A program made the position numbers and the translations under genes. 64,000 bases of DNA from the human T2T-CHM13v2.0 reference genome, Homo sapiens: NCBI RefSeq assembly GCF_009914755.1, contig NC_060928.1; one strand, given 5' to 3'. A model generated the notes under the pieces. The model did not search any database. It was not told where the DNA came from and worked only from the letters and a program-made list of their open reading frames with translations. Each line of letters opens with the position of its first letter. Position 1 is the stretch's first letter. This document shows, in pieces, positions 13,808 to 28,000 of this stretch.

Positions 13808-13905
13808 ATATGACAGGTACACTAAAAGCCCAAACTTCACCACTGTACAATTCATCCATGTTACTAAAAGCCAATTGTATCACTAACACTATTGAAATTT
13901 TTAAA
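13808..13905 (+). mobile_element. LINE-1 extreme 3' end (L1PB/L1MA-type)
   Basis: GGTACACTAAAAGCCCAAACTTCACCACTGTACAATTCATCCATGT. Confidence 0.7.
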
Positions 13906-13977
13906 ATGTTAGTATAAGCTATTTTTTGTTTCAAGAAGTTCTTGGAAAATATTGAAATTCTGTTTTCTTATCATCTG

Positions 13978-14440
13978 ATGTATTTTAATAGCAAACTTAC
14001 AAGAACAGCACAGAAGACAGACAATATTAAAAAGATGTACTTGCATTTAGGACAGCTAAGTTAGAAAAGTACAGTGAATAGATGGAATTCACTATATGAT
14101 AAAAATGCTACAAACACCATTTTGTTGCTGCCAATAAGAAATTTACTTGCTTTTTAAAAAAAATTCAAATCCTGGATTGTTCAGAAAAATTTAACATGTT
14201 TATTTATAATTATTATAAAGTTGAAACACTGAAACTTGTTCACTGAAACATTTTGACTTGCATTAATGTTTTTTGTCTCCGCGTTTATATTAAAAATTCA
14301 CACACAAATGAAAATGGAAAAATTGCCAATATGTGATTTCTGTCCCCTATTTTTCCACTCACAGTCATATACTTGGGTACCTTTTGACCCCATGGGAAAA
14401 AATATCTAACATTCAGAACTGCCAAAAAGAGAAAGAAGAT

Positions 14441-14476
<36 letters not shown>

Positions 14477-15335
14477 GAATGCAATGTTCCCTTCATAGCA
14501 GTTTCTTAAGCACGTTCTCCACATGTGTAGTGTACTAGTTGATTGTCTTTTGGTGTAATTGTTACACATGTGGCATGGATAAATAGCACACAGGTTGGTA
14601 GCTTCAAAAAGGCTAACCAGATAGACTTTAATTGCCTCCTGCAAAACACCAATAGCTGGGCTCTGGAAGCGTAGATCTGTTTTAAAGTCCTGAGCTCCTG
14701 AGCTATTTCTTCCAGCACGATATGGTTTAGCTGTGTCCCCACCCAAATCTCATCTTGAATTGTAGCTCCCATAATTCCCTCATGTTGTGGGAGGGACCCA
14801 GTGGGAGATAATGGAATCCTGGGGGCGGTTTCCACCATACTGTTCTCCTGCAGTGAATGAGTTTTAGGAGATCTGATGGTTTTACGTGGGGAAACCCCTT
14901 TCACTTGACTCTCTGATTCCTTCTCTTGTCTTCTGCCATGTGAGATGTGCCTTTCATCTTCCACCATGATTGTGAGACCTCTCCAGCCATGTGCAGCTGT
15001 GAGTCCAGTAAACCTCTTTTTTTTGTAAATTGCCCAGTCTTGGATATGTCTTTATCAGCAGCGTGAAAATGGACTAATATACACCACACACTGGAAGGGA
15101 AGTCTGCGAATCAGAAATTCAGTGGACTTGGATAAAGTATAATTTCAAGGAGAATACCAGGCCTGAAACGATGAGGTCTTTTCATTCCTCCAGTAGAGGG
15201 CGAACTCTTGTGAGCAACTTTGGTAGCTCCTTGCTTCCTGGGTGCCTTACCATCTTTCGATTTGTGAGCAGTCTACTTTGTAGGAGCCATGGTCTCCTTT
15301 GGCTGGAGCTTGGTGAGCTAGAGGCAGCGCTGGTA
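13978..15335 (-). pseudogene. Processed histone H3.3 pseudogene (H3F3A-type retrocopy), disrupted
   Basis: ATG at 15290-15288 and TAA at 14508-14506. Translations include [38 protein letters not shown] and GERA*, with H3.3-type S31 and AIG residues. It is intronless and has a long 3'UTR resembling H3F3A. It carries frameshifts and a THE1 insertion. Confidence 0.93.
14718..15081 (+). mobile_element. THE1 (MaLR) solo LTR inside the H3.3 pseudogene CDS
   Basis: GATATGGTTTAGCTGTGTCCCCACCCAAATCTCATCTTGAATTG...GGACTAATATA, with 5-bp TSD CAGCA (14713-14717) / CACCA (15082-15086). Confidence 0.95.
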
Positions 15336-15368
15336 CCAGCGACGACTGCAAGCCCAATTAAAATTGCA

Positions 15369-15666
<298 letters not shown>

Positions 15667-17898
15667 ACATGTTATATGCCCTCTTAAAATACATTTGTTA
15701 ACTGTTTAGGACTTTTAATTTTTCTGTTTAGAATCTGTTTGTGATGTTTTATTGAAATGTGCTGTACATTTTGGAATTTCAGCAAATATTATTACAGCTC
15801 TCCTCTTCGACTATAAATGGACATTATTTGGAAGTTTTTGGAAACAGAAATTAAAATACTACCAATTACTTAGTCAGTTAATAGATTATGAAGGTTTTTG
15901 CTTGCTATTCTTTTCATTTTAACTACTGTTCATTTTGAAATCTGGCATTTTTTTGTAGACACGTGTTTTATTTTCACTCCATTCTAAAAAATGAAATAGT
16001 TTTGTGAGTCTATGACTTTTTGTGCTAAATAATTGCATTTTTATTATTTTTAAATTCTCCCATAGGCACTCCAGATTATTATGACCAGACTTGAAACGAG
16101 ACATAGAAATAATTTTCCATTTGTAAGAAATTCAGCAGTTTTATGAGTGTGAGAACATAAAATTCTTTAAGAAAATATCATAACAAAATGCACCCAGCAC
16201 ATTTTTAATAATATAGGCCATTACAAATATAAAATTTGAACAATTTGGAGGCATGCAAAAATACTGGCTCCAGTTGAATATGTTTTGTACATAGTAGGTA
16301 TCTGATTGTTCCACTAGCAGCTAAAGTAAGAGCCTGTGCTTTTGATTAGATCCTTTTAACTATCTTTGACGCAGCTCAATAATTAAGAAGAAATAAGCTT
16401 GTGGACTATATTGACTACTAGACTCTTTACAAAAAAATTCTTTATTTTATCACATAAATTGGCCCTATATTTTATATTCTTTATGATTAACATTAAACCA
16501 GTTATGACATTTGATAAGAACTACAACTTCTTGTATAACAGGTGTACCTCTCTTCTGCATCTCGACGTAGTTTGATGCTTTACTAATTGTGAAAGTACAT
16601 ACTAACATTCAATTTATTCCTTAAATTATCTATTTCAAAAGGTTTAAATAAATGCCCCATTTGGTATTTGGTAACGCTATAGTAGTTAAGTCTTCCCAGG
16701 ATAATACTCACTTATTTATATGTAGCAACCCTATCAAGAAATGTCTGAGTATATGAAAATGGTCTGCTAGAATTCTGTTTCTTATTCTTACATATATATG
16801 AGTTCTGTGGAATGAAAATTTGTAGTATTGGGAAGTCTTTAGAAGTAGAATCATAGTTGGTAACTTTAATTGACATATTTTAGTCATCTTCTGCTCAAGA
16901 GAAATAATTTAAAGACATTTTCACTTTCTATTGTGAAGAAGCAGAATTCTAACTAATAATATCTTAGTAGTAACACAAAAATCTCAGAAATATTTTAGAA
17001 ATCTCAGTGACATTTTCAGAAAAGTATTTCAAGATATCCTGTTTGGGTGAGTGGCTTAGTATTCTGTTTAGTTGAATATAGAAGGGATTTTATCAGTACA
17101 ATAACTTCTTATATTAGGAAATTAACCTGGCTTGTAGAACCTTCAATATTTTGGAATTTAAAAAGAGTAAAGGAAACAATTACATGGATTTAGGGAAACT
17201 TAACTGCCATGACTTTCTGATACCAACAGATAGTTTACAAATTTTCAGTGTTGCATGTGTGTTTGCATGATTTATGGGTAGTATTTCCTCTTAACGATTA
17301 GGTTACTGTACACTGTATTAAATCTCCAAGTTAAAAACAGTGGTAGTTGATACAGTTATTTTGGATTCATGAACCATGATTCAGGATAACAGCATAATAA
17401 TTTTAGCTTCAACTATATTCTATTGATATGAGTTAATGAGATATAGTCTATATTGGGATGCTCACGTGTGGCTTCAAGATCCTCATTATTAAGTAGTTTC
17501 TTTTGCTCAAACATGTATTCAAGTGTAGTCTCTAAATATACAGCCTTTATCAATTTTTGTCTATAGAAGTTACTATTTTTCAAATATTAACTATGCAATA
17601 AAACTGTACATATTTGTGTATATGTATATATATTCAGAGTTTTATAGACTATATAGAATTTAAGTAATGTATATAGTCTACATATAGTATATATATTTAG
17701 TATATACATAAAATTAAATTAAATTTTAGAACCATTTTATATTTACAGAAAAATTACAGAACTTACAAAATTACAGATTGTAATGAGAATTCCCATGTAC
17801 CTTACGCCCAGTGTTTTCTATTGTTGACATATTTTATTATATGGTATATTTGTTATAATTAATGAACAAATATGATAAATAATTATTACTTAAAAGTC

Positions 17899-18249
17899 TG
17901 TATGTCTGTTTTCATGCTGCTGATAAAGACATACCTGAGACTGCGAAGAAAAAGAGGTTTAATTGGACTTACAGTTCCACATGGCTGGGGAGGCTTCAGA
18001 ATCATGGCAGGAGGCAAAACGCACTTCTTACATGGCAGCAAGAGAAAATGAGAGAAGATGCAAAAGCAGAAACTCCTGATAAAATCATTAGATCTCGTGA
18101 GACTTATTCACTACCACAGGAACAGTATGGGAGAAACTGACACCGTGATTCAAATTATCTCCTACTGGGTCTCTCACACAGCATGCGGGAATTATGGGAG
18201 TAGAATTCAAGATGAGATTTGGGTGGGGACACAGAGCCAACCCATATCA
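17899..18249 (-). mobile_element. THE1 solo LTR
   Basis: TGTATGTCTGTTTTCATGCTGCTGATAAAGAC...GGGGACACAGAGCCAACCCATATCA, with perfect TSD AAGTC at 17894-17898 and 18250-18254. Confidence 0.95.
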
Positions 18250-18636
18250 AAGTCCATTCTTTTTTCTGATTTTCTCATTTTTTACCTAAGATTATTTTTG
18301 TTTTCCAAGATCCCATCCTGGAAACTATTGCATGTAATTATCATATTTCCTTAGGCTTCACTTAAGGTTATAGTTTCTCACATGTTCCCTGTTTTTGATG
18401 ACCTTGACAGTTTTATGGACTACTACTAAGTAATTTTAAACGATGTTCCTTTATTGCAATTTGCCTGGTGTTTTTCTCATAATTAGAGTAGAGATGTGGG
18501 TTTTAAGAGGATGAACAGAGGTAAAGTGCCATTTCCATTACACTATAGCAAGTTTATATACTTTCAGCATGACTTATGACTGTCGATGTTGTTTTGATTA
18601 CTTAGCTGAGGAAGTGTTTGTCCAAGTAAAATTATC

Positions 18637-18936
18637 TTTTTTTTTTTTTTTGAGATGGATTCTGGCTCTCTTGCCCAGGCTGGAGTGCAATGGCATGATC
18701 TCGGCTCACTGCAAGCTCCGCGTCCTGGCTTCACACCATTCTCCTGCCTCAGCCTCCCAGAGTAGCTGGGACTACAGGCGCCCGCCACAACGCCCAGCAA
18801 ATTTTTTGTATTTTGTTTAGTAGAGACAGGGTTTCACTGTGTTAGCCAGGATGGTCTCAATCTCCTGACCTCGTGATCCACCAGCCTCGGCCTCCCAAAG
18901 TGCTGGGATTACATGCGTGAGCCACCACGCCCGGCT
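18637..18936 (-). mobile_element. AluY-type element
   Basis: Full length with Y-type GCAAGCTCC and GTTAGCCAGGATGGTCTC. TSD TAAAATTATCTTTT on both sides. Confidence 0.96.
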
Positions 18937-20743
18937 TAAAATTATCTTTTTTTTTTTCTCATCATTCTATACCATACTATTTGAGAAGAAGGCACTATAT
19001 GCAGTCCACGTTTAAATAGTGGAGAGTTATGTTTAACCTCTTTGAGGGTGAAATTTCTACATAAAGTATTTGAAATTCTGCATAGGAAATTTGTCTCTCT
19101 CCTCTATTTGTTTATTTATCAAGCATTTATTTATAGCAGTGTAGAATAAAAAATATGTATTTTATACTGTGGATTATAACAATTCTTAATTTATTGTCTT
19201 GTTCAAAATGTCTGGCTTTTACCACTGGTAATTTTTCAGTCATCTTTTGTGTCTCTCTTAAATAAAGCCCCATTAATACAATTTCATTATTTTTAAAAAA
19301 ACTATCTTATTTTGTTATATTGCATGACACTTCAGTCTTATACATTCTCTGTCCTATCTTAGATTTGGCCATTTCTACAAAGAGCTCTGATTTCTTTCAC
19401 TGAAGAACAGTATTAGAAACCAACATCAAAGTACTGGGTATGCTTTCTGCTACCAGGACGTCATTCCTTCTAGACCCTTGCCACTGACACAGAAAAGAAA
19501 TATATGTGTGCATACCAGACCTTGTATATACACATACATACAAATATTTCTATGTGTAACCATTTGTACCTACATTAAGTTAAACATGAGTTCATACTTA
19601 GTTTCTAGGTCTAATACATCACCACATGAATTATTCTAGTTGTCCTCCCTCACTTATTTGTAAACACCCACTCCAATATTTAGAAATCTGGTTTTATCAA
19701 TTTACTTAATTGTTCAAGTCCAATCTACATGTATACCAGTTCAAGCGTTGTTAACCTAGTCCCTATTGGGCAACAGCTTTATAAACCGGTTTCTTTTGCC
19801 ATTAGTTTTATAGATTACACACATTTCCAATGTCACTTAGCTCAGCACCTTTTCCTCTACCCCCTTTAGTGAGGTTGTCTCATATATTTAGAATACAATG
19901 AAATTGTTTTGTCATATTCTGCATTTCAACTTGGGATTCCTAAGACCTCCTAATTTTTTGAAAATGTCATACATTAAATGTTACTATTTTGCTATAAAGT
20001 TAAATGGATTTTGACATATGTATAATGTCAAGTAGGCCCAATTATAGTATCATATACAATAGTTTCATTTTCTTAAAAATTCCATTTACTTTACCTATTT
20101 GAATGTTTTTTCCCCATTTCTCAAACCACTTGGAAGCGCTGATTTTTTTTATTATCTCCAAAGCATTGCCTTTTCAAATAGGTCATGTAATTGGAACCAT
20201 ACAATACATAGTATTTTAGGTTGTAATATTTCAGTTGAAAACATATTTAAGATTTACCCACATCCTTTTGTGGCTTGATAATTTCCTTCTTTTTATTGTT
20301 AAATAATATTTCATTGTATAGATATGCCACTATCTGTGATATCTTGGTCACTTCAACTTTTTTGGTGATTATGTATAAAGTTATTATAAAAGTTTGTATA
20401 TCGGTTGTTGTGTAGACTTGTTTTTAAATCTGTTGGGTAAATACCCAGTAATACAATTTCTGGGTAAGACTAGTTTAGCTTTGTACAAAATTTCAAAAAT
20501 GTCTTCGAAAGTGGTTATGCCATTTCCATTCTCCCTAACAATGGAGAGTTCCTGAGGTTCTGCATCTCAGTCATCAATTGGTACTTTAAATATTTGAAAT
20601 TTTAGCCATCCTAATAGGCATGTAGTGACAACTTGTTTTAATTTACAATAACTTAAAAACAAATAATGTCGAGCATCTTTTCCTATGCTTAGTTTCCATT
20701 TGTATATCTTATTTGTTGAAGTGTCTGTCCAGATCTTTTGCAC

Positions 20744-21045
20744 TTTTTTTTTTTTTTTTTTTTCAGACGGAATCTCACTCTGTCGCCCAGCCTGGAGTAC
20801 AGTGGTGCAATCTTGGCTCACTGCAACCTCCACTTCCTGGGTTCAAGGGATTCTCCTGCCTCAGCCTCCTGAGTGCCTGAGGTTATAGGCACTTGCTACC
20901 ACATCCAGCTAATTTCTGTATTTTTAGTAAAGATGGGGTTTCACCCTGTTGGTTAGGCTGGTCTCGAACTCCTGACCTCAGGTGATCCACCCGCCTCTGC
21001 CTCCCAAAATGCTGGGATTACAGGCATGAGCCACTGTGCCCAGCC
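20744..21045 (-). mobile_element. Alu (Sx-like)
   Basis: Full length with poly-T 20744-20763 and TSD TCTTTTGCA. Confidence 0.96.
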
Positions 21046-22059
21046 CTCTTTTGCATTCGATTATTTTTAAATTCGATTATTTTCTTATCATTGAGTGTTA
21101 AGTGGTTTTTGTATATTTTAGATGCAAGCTGTTTACCATATATGTGTTTTCCAAATATTTTCTCCCAGACTTTGGTTTGTCTTTTTGTCCTCCTAGCAGT
21201 GTCTTTCACAGAGCAGAGGTTTTCAATTTTGACAAAATCCAATTTATTAATTTTTTCTTTCATGGGTAGTACTTTTAGTTAGTGTTGTGACTAAAAACTC
21301 AATGATAATGCAGAAGTCACTTAGATTTTCTTCTATTTTTCTTTTAGAAATTTTTTAGTTTTGTGTTTTACATTAGATGTAATGTATATTTTGAGCTAAA
21401 ATTTCTGAAAATTACAAGGTTCTGTGTCTATGTTCATTTTTTGTGTGTATGTCTATTTTCCTGTTATTATCTTCTAAAAAGATTATTCTTTCTACCTGGA
21501 ATTGCCATTGCTACTTTGTCTAAGATCAGTTGACCATATTTTTCATGGATCTATTTCTTGGCACTATATTTTGTTCTACTAACCTCTGTTCCTATTCTTT
21601 TGGAAAAACCACACTTTCTCAATTATTGTAGCTTTATAATAAGTCTAAATGTCAGTATGAATCCTCTAAATGTGTTTCTTTTTCATCATTGTGTTGGTTA
21701 TTTGAGGTCTTTTGCCTTTTCATGTAATGTTTTAAATCAGTATTTTTATATCTCCAGAATAGATTGTATGGTTTTAGTTGAGTTTCATTAAATCTATAGA
21801 TCTAGTTGTGAGGAATTGACGTCTTAAAATATTAAGTATTCTAATGAATGATACGGAATATTTTTCCAATTATTTAAAACATTTTTGAAATCTTTCATTG
21901 AGGTTTATCATATTTCCCATAGAGAAAATTTTCTTATATTGTTTGATTTATACCTAAATATTTCATTTTTGGTGCTAGTATAAATGGTATTTTTAAATTC
22001 TAAATATAAGTTTTTATTGCCAGTATGTAGAACAGTAACTGACTTTTTTGTTGTTATTA

Positions 22060-25000
22060 AAAGTTTTTATTTTTAAATTTGTTTGGGTACATAGTAGTGG
22101 GTATATATTTATGGAGTACATGAGACATTTCAATACATGGGTACAATGTGCAATAGTCACATCAGGGTAATTGAGATACTCATCACCTCAAGCATTTATC
22201 TTGTGTTACAAACAATCGAATTTTAATTATTTTAAAACATACAATTAATTTATTATTGACTATTGTCACCCTGTGTGCTATCAAATACTAGATGTTATTC
22301 ATTCTAACCACTTTTTGTACGTGTTAACCATTCCCACCTCCCTTCCACTCCCTCTACTAGCCTTTCCAGCCTCTGGTAACCATCCTTATGCTATCTCCAT
22401 GAGTTCAATTGTTTTAATTTTTACATCAACAAATAAGTGAGAACATGTAATATTTGTCTTTCTGTGCCTGGCTTATTTCACTTAACATAATGACCTCCAG
22501 TTTCATCCATGTTGTTGCAAATGATAGAATCCGATTGTTTTTGGTGGTTGAATAGTAAGTACTCCATTGTATACATACCACATTTTCTTTATCCTTTCAT
22601 CTGTTGATGGACACTTCTGTTGCTTCCAAATCTTGGCTATTGTGAGTAGTGTTGCAATAAACAAAGGAGTGCAGATCTCTTTCATATAGTGCGTTTCTGT
22701 TTGGGGGGTATATACTTAGCATCAGGATTGGTGGATCACATGGTAGCTCTACTTTTAGTTTTTTGAGGAACCTCCAAACTATTCTCCATTGTGGTTGTAC
22801 TAATTTACATTCCTACCAACAATGCAGGACGGTTCCCCTTTCTCCTCATCCTCACCAGCATTTGTTATGTCCTGTCTTTTGGATAAAAGCTATTTTAACT
22901 GGGGTGAGATTATATCTTATTATGGTTTTGATTTTCATTTATCTGATGACCAATGATGTTGTGCACCTTTTCATATACCTATTTGCACTTTGCCTGTCTT
23001 CTTAATTTCTATTCAGATCTTTTGTCCATTTTAAATCAGATTATTAGATTTCTTCCTGTAGAGTTGTTTAAGCTCCTTTTCCTTGTATATTCTGGTTACT
23101 AATCCCTTTTCAGATGGTTGGTTTGCAAATATTTTCTCCCATAGTATAGGTTGCCTCTTCACTTTGTTATTTTCTTTTCTGTACAGATGCTTTTTTAACT
23201 AGATGTGATCCATTTGTTCACTTTTGCCTTGGTTGCCTGTGCTTATGGGGTATTACCCAAGAAATATTTGGCCAATGCAATGTCTTGGAGAGTTTCCCCC
23301 AATTTTTCTTGTAGTAGCTTCATAGTTTGAAGTTTTAGGTTTAATTCTTTAATGTATTTTGATTTTATTTTTGTATATTTTGAGAGATATTGGTCTAGTT
23401 TCATCCTTCTGCATACGGATATTCAGTTTTCTCAGCACAATTTACTGAAGAGACTGCCCTTTTCCCAGTGTATGTTCTTCATACCTTGATCAAAAATGAG
23501 TTCAGTAGAGATATATGAATTTATTTCTGGGTTCTCTTTCTGTTCCATTGGTCTATATGTCTACTTTCTGTTAGTACAATGCCATTTTGGTTTCTATAGA
23601 TCTGAGTACAATTTAAAGTCCAGTAATGTGAATATTCCAGTTTTACTCCTTTTGCTTAGGATAGCTTTGGCTGTTCTGGGTCTTTCATTGTTCTGTATAA
23701 ATTTTAGTTCTTTTTTTTCTATTTCTGTGAAAAATGTCATTGGTATTTTGATAGGGAGTGCATTGAATCTGTAGATTGCTTTAGGTAGTATGAAGATTTT
23801 AACAATATTGGTTCTTAAAATCCATAAACATGAAATATCTTTCCTTTTGTGTATTAGTGTCCTCTTCAATTTCTTGCATCAATGTTTTATAGTTCTCATT
23901 GTAGAGATAGTTTACTTTGGTTAATTCTTAGGTATTTTATTTTATTTGTAGGTACTGTAAATAGAATTACTTTCTCAATTTCTTGTTCAGGTTGTTCACT
24001 GTTGGCATATAGAAATGGGAAATATTTGGCAGAAATGCCAAATTGTTTACTGCTGGCATTTTTGTATGTTAATTTTGTATCCTGCAATTTTACTGAATTT
24101 GTTTATCAGTTCTGGTAGTTTTCTTGTGATGTCTTGAGTTTTTTTCAAATGTAAGATCATATTGTCTGCAAACAAGGATAATTTTTCTTCCCTTCTAATT
24201 TGGGTGCCCTTTATTTCTTTCTCCTGTCCAATTTGCTCCAGCTAAGATTTCCAGTACTATTTTCAATAACAGTAGTGGAAGTGGTCATCTTTGTTGCATT
24301 CCAAATCTTAGTGGTAAGCCCTTCAGTTTTTCCCCATTCAGTATAATACTGGGTATGGATTTGTCTTATGTGGTTTTTATTATGTTGAGGTATGTTACTT
24401 CGATACCCTGTTTTTTTAGGGTGTTTATCTTGAAGAGGTGTTGAATTTGATCAGATTTTTTCAGCATTAATTGAAACAATAATATGGTTTAGATCCTTGA
24501 TTCTATTAATCTGATATATCACATTGATTGATTTGTGTATGTTGAACCATCCTTGCATCCCTGGGAAAAATTCCACTTGGTCATGGTGAATTATCTTTTT
24601 AATATATTGTTGATATCAGTTTGCTAGTATTTTGTTGAAGGTTTATGTGTCATTATTCATCAGGGATTTGGCCTGTAGTTTTCTTTTATGGATGAGTCTT
24701 TGTCTGGTTTTGGTATCAGGGTAATACTGGCTTTATAGAATGAGATTGGAAATATTCCCTCCTCTTCTATTTTTTGAAATAGTTTGAGTATGACTGGTAT
24801 TAGTTCTTCTTTATATGTTTTGTAGAATTCAGCAGTGAAGCCATCAAGTCCTGGGCTTTTCTTCACTGGAAGACTTTTAATTATGGCTTTGATCTAATTA
24901 CATTGTATTAGTTGGTTCAGGGTTTGTATTACTTCATGGTTCAATCTAGGTACATTAATTTATCCGTTTCTTCTAGATATTCCAGTTTATTGGCATATAG

Positions 25001-28000
25001 TTGCTCATAGTAGCCTCTAATGATCCTTTAAATTTCTGTGATATCAGTTGTAACACATCATTTTTCATCTGTGACTTTATTTTTTATTTGAGTACTTTCT
25101 CTTGTTTTTTCTTAGTCTGGGTACACGTTTGTCAATTTTGTTTATCTTTTCAAAAGAGCAACTTTTTGTTCCATTAATCTTTTGTATTGTTTTTTAAATT
25201 TCAGTTTCATTTATTTCTGTTCTCATGTTTATATTTTTTTTCTTCTACTAATTTCAAGTATGGTGTTCTCTTGCCTTACTAGTTTTTGTAAGATTCCCCA
25301 TTTGGTTGTTTATTACAAATTTTTCTTCTTTTTTGATACAGAAACAGCTATAAACTTCCCTCTTAATGCCATTTCACTGTATCCCATACATTTTGGTATA
25401 TTCTGTTTCCATTGTCATTTGTTTCAATAAATTTTTCAATTTCCTTCTTAATTTCTTGATTGATCCACTGAGCATTCAGAGCATACTGTTTAATTCCCAT
25501 GTGTTTATATAGTCTCCAAAATTCCTCTTGGTATTGATTTATAGTATCTTTCATTGTGGTCAGAGAAGATGCTTGATATTATTTTAGTTTTTTTCACGGA
25601 ATGTTTTAAGACTTGCTCTTTGACTTAACATATGGCCTATCCTTGACAGTCATTTATATACTGAGGAGAAGAATGTGTATTTTGTAGTTGTTAGAGTTGT
25701 TAAGTTCAAAGTTTCTTCATTAATTTGCTGTCTGAAAGATCTGTTCAATGCGAAAGTGGGGCGTTGAAGTCTACAGCTATTATTGTATTGGGGCATATCT
25801 CTCGTTTTGGCGCTAATAATATTTGCTTTATATATCTGGGTGCTCCAGTGTTGGGTGCATATATATTTACAATTGTTATATCCTCTTGCTGGATTGACCC
25901 CTTTATCAGTATATAATGACATTCTTTCCTCTTCTTTTAGTTTTTATCTTGAAATATATTTTGTCTAATATAAGTATAGCTACTCCTGCTCTTTTGTTTC
26001 CATTGGCATGGAATATCTTTTTCCATCCCTTTGTTTTCAGTTTGTGTGTTTCTTTATAGGTATATTTCTTGTAGACAACAGATCATTGGATCTTGTTTAT
26101 AATCCATTCAGCCAGTCTATGTCTTTTGATTGGAGAGTTTTAGTCCATTGGCATTCAATGTTATTATTGATAAGTAGGGACTTACTCCTGCCATTTTGCT
26201 ATTTGTTTTCTGGTTGTTTTGTAACATTATCTTTTTTCTTTCCTTCCTTCCTGTCTTCCTTTTAGTGAAAAGGATTTTCTCTGGTGGTATACTTTAATTT
26301 TTTGCTTTTTATTTATTTATGTATCTGTTGTTGGTTTTTCAATTTGAGATTACCATGAGGCTTGAAAATACTATCTTATAACTCATTATTTTAAAAAGAT
26401 GACAACACTGATTGCATACACAAACAAACACACAAAAAGAAAACAAATAAAATCTATATGCTTTAACTTCATATCCTTGCATTTTAACTTTTTATTGTTT
26501 CTCTTTTCATCTTATTGTACTATGTTTTGAAATGTTGTTGTAGTTATTTTTTATTGGTTCATCATTTAGTCTTTCTACTCAAGATAAGAGTAGTTTACAC
26601 ACCACAGTTAAAGTGTTATAATATTCTGTGTTTTTCTATGTACTTACTATTACCAATGAGTTTTATAACATCAGGTAATTTCTTATTGCTCATTAATGTC
26701 CTTTTCTTTCTGATTGAAGTACTTCCTTTAGTACTTCTTATAGGACGGGTCTGGTATTGAAATCCCTCAGCTTTTGTTTGTCTGAGGAAGTCCTTATTTC
26801 TCTCTAATGTTTAAAGGTGACTTTCACTGAATATACTATTCAATAGTAAAAGGTGTTTTTCTTTTTTTTTCCTTCAGCACTTTACATATGTCATGCTACT
26901 CTCTCTTGGTCTGTAAGGTTTCCATTGAAAAGTCCACTGCCAGATGTATTGGAGCTCCATTGTATGTTATTTGTTTATTTTTTTCTTGCTGCTTTTAGCA
27001 TCTTTTCTTTATCATTGGCCTTTGGGAATTTGATTATTTAATGCCTTCCAGTAGTCTTTTTTGGGTTAAATCTGCTTAGTGTTGTATAACTTTCTTGTAC
27101 TTGGATGTTGATATCTTTCTCTAGGTTTGGGAAATTCTTTGCTATTAACACTTTGAATAAAACTTCTACCCCTATCTCTTTCTCTACCTCATCTTTAAGG
27201 CCAATAATTATTAAATTTTCTCTTTCGAGGCTATTTTCTAGGTCTTGTAGGCATGCTTCACTGCTTTTTATTCATTTTTCTTTTGTCTCTTCTGACTGTG
27301 TATTTTCAAATAGCCTGTCTTCAAGGTCACTAAATCTTTCTTCTGCTTGGTCAATTCTGCTACCAAAGGATTCTGATGCATTCTCCAGTATGTCAATTGC
27401 ATTTTTCAACTCCAAAATTTCTCCTTGATTCTTTTTATTTATTTTAATCTCTTTGTTACATTTATCTGATAGAATTCTGAATTCCTCCTCTGTGTTATTT
27501 TGAATATTTTTGTTTCCACAAAGCAGCTATTTTGAATTGTCTGTCTGAAAGGTCACATATCTGTGTCTCCAGGATTGGTCCCTAGTGTCTTATTTAGTTC
27601 ATTTAATGAGGCCATGTTTTCCTGGATGTCCTTGATGCTTGTGGATGTTCCTTGGTGTCTCATCATTGAATAGTTAGATATTTATTGTAGTTCTTTGCAG
27701 TCTGGACTTGCCTGTACCCGCCCTTCTTGGGAAGGCTTTTCAGGTATACAAAAGTACCTGGGTTTTGTGATTTAAATCATGTCTATTAGGAGGCACCCCA
27801 AGCCCAGTAACACTGTGGTTCTTGAAGGCTCATAGAAGTATCGCCTTTGTAGTCTTGAATAAGATCCAGAAGGATTCTCTGGATTACCAGGTGGAGATTC
27901 TTGTTCTCTTCCTTTACTTTCTCCCAAACAGATGGAGTCTCTCTCTGTGCTGAGCCACTTGGAGCTGGGAGTGGGGTGACAGAAGCACCCCTGTGTTCAC

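Larger units (their letters stand above)
17718..22050 (-). mobile_element. Old LINE-1 (L1MC-type) 3'UTR plus ORF2 end, interrupted by THE1 and two Alus
   Basis: L1 3' motif TTTTAGAACCATTTTATATTTACAGAAAAATT and minus-strand ORF2 peptide KEKINKLDFVKIENLCSVKDT...WEKIF. Confidence 0.8.

Noticed and set aside
14443-14474. 32-nt poly-T as the retrocopy poly(A) tail
   Set aside because: H3F3A-like 3'UTR sequence continues to ~13978, so this is an expanded internal A-run. No clear tail or TSD is visible at the true end.
14285-14967. Two 153-aa ORFs as novel THE1-histone fusion proteins
   Set aside because: They are chance joins of antisense THE1 sequence with frameshifted H3.3 fragments and lack the histone N-terminal half. 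No evidence of expression.
17012-17052. Possible 27-nt microexon (TTTTCAG|17020-17046|GTGAGT)
   Set aside because: The pyrimidine tract is short and such motifs arise by chance in 64 kb. It cannot be supported without RNA or conservation data. The same applies to isolated GTAAGT donors near 37373 and 38075.
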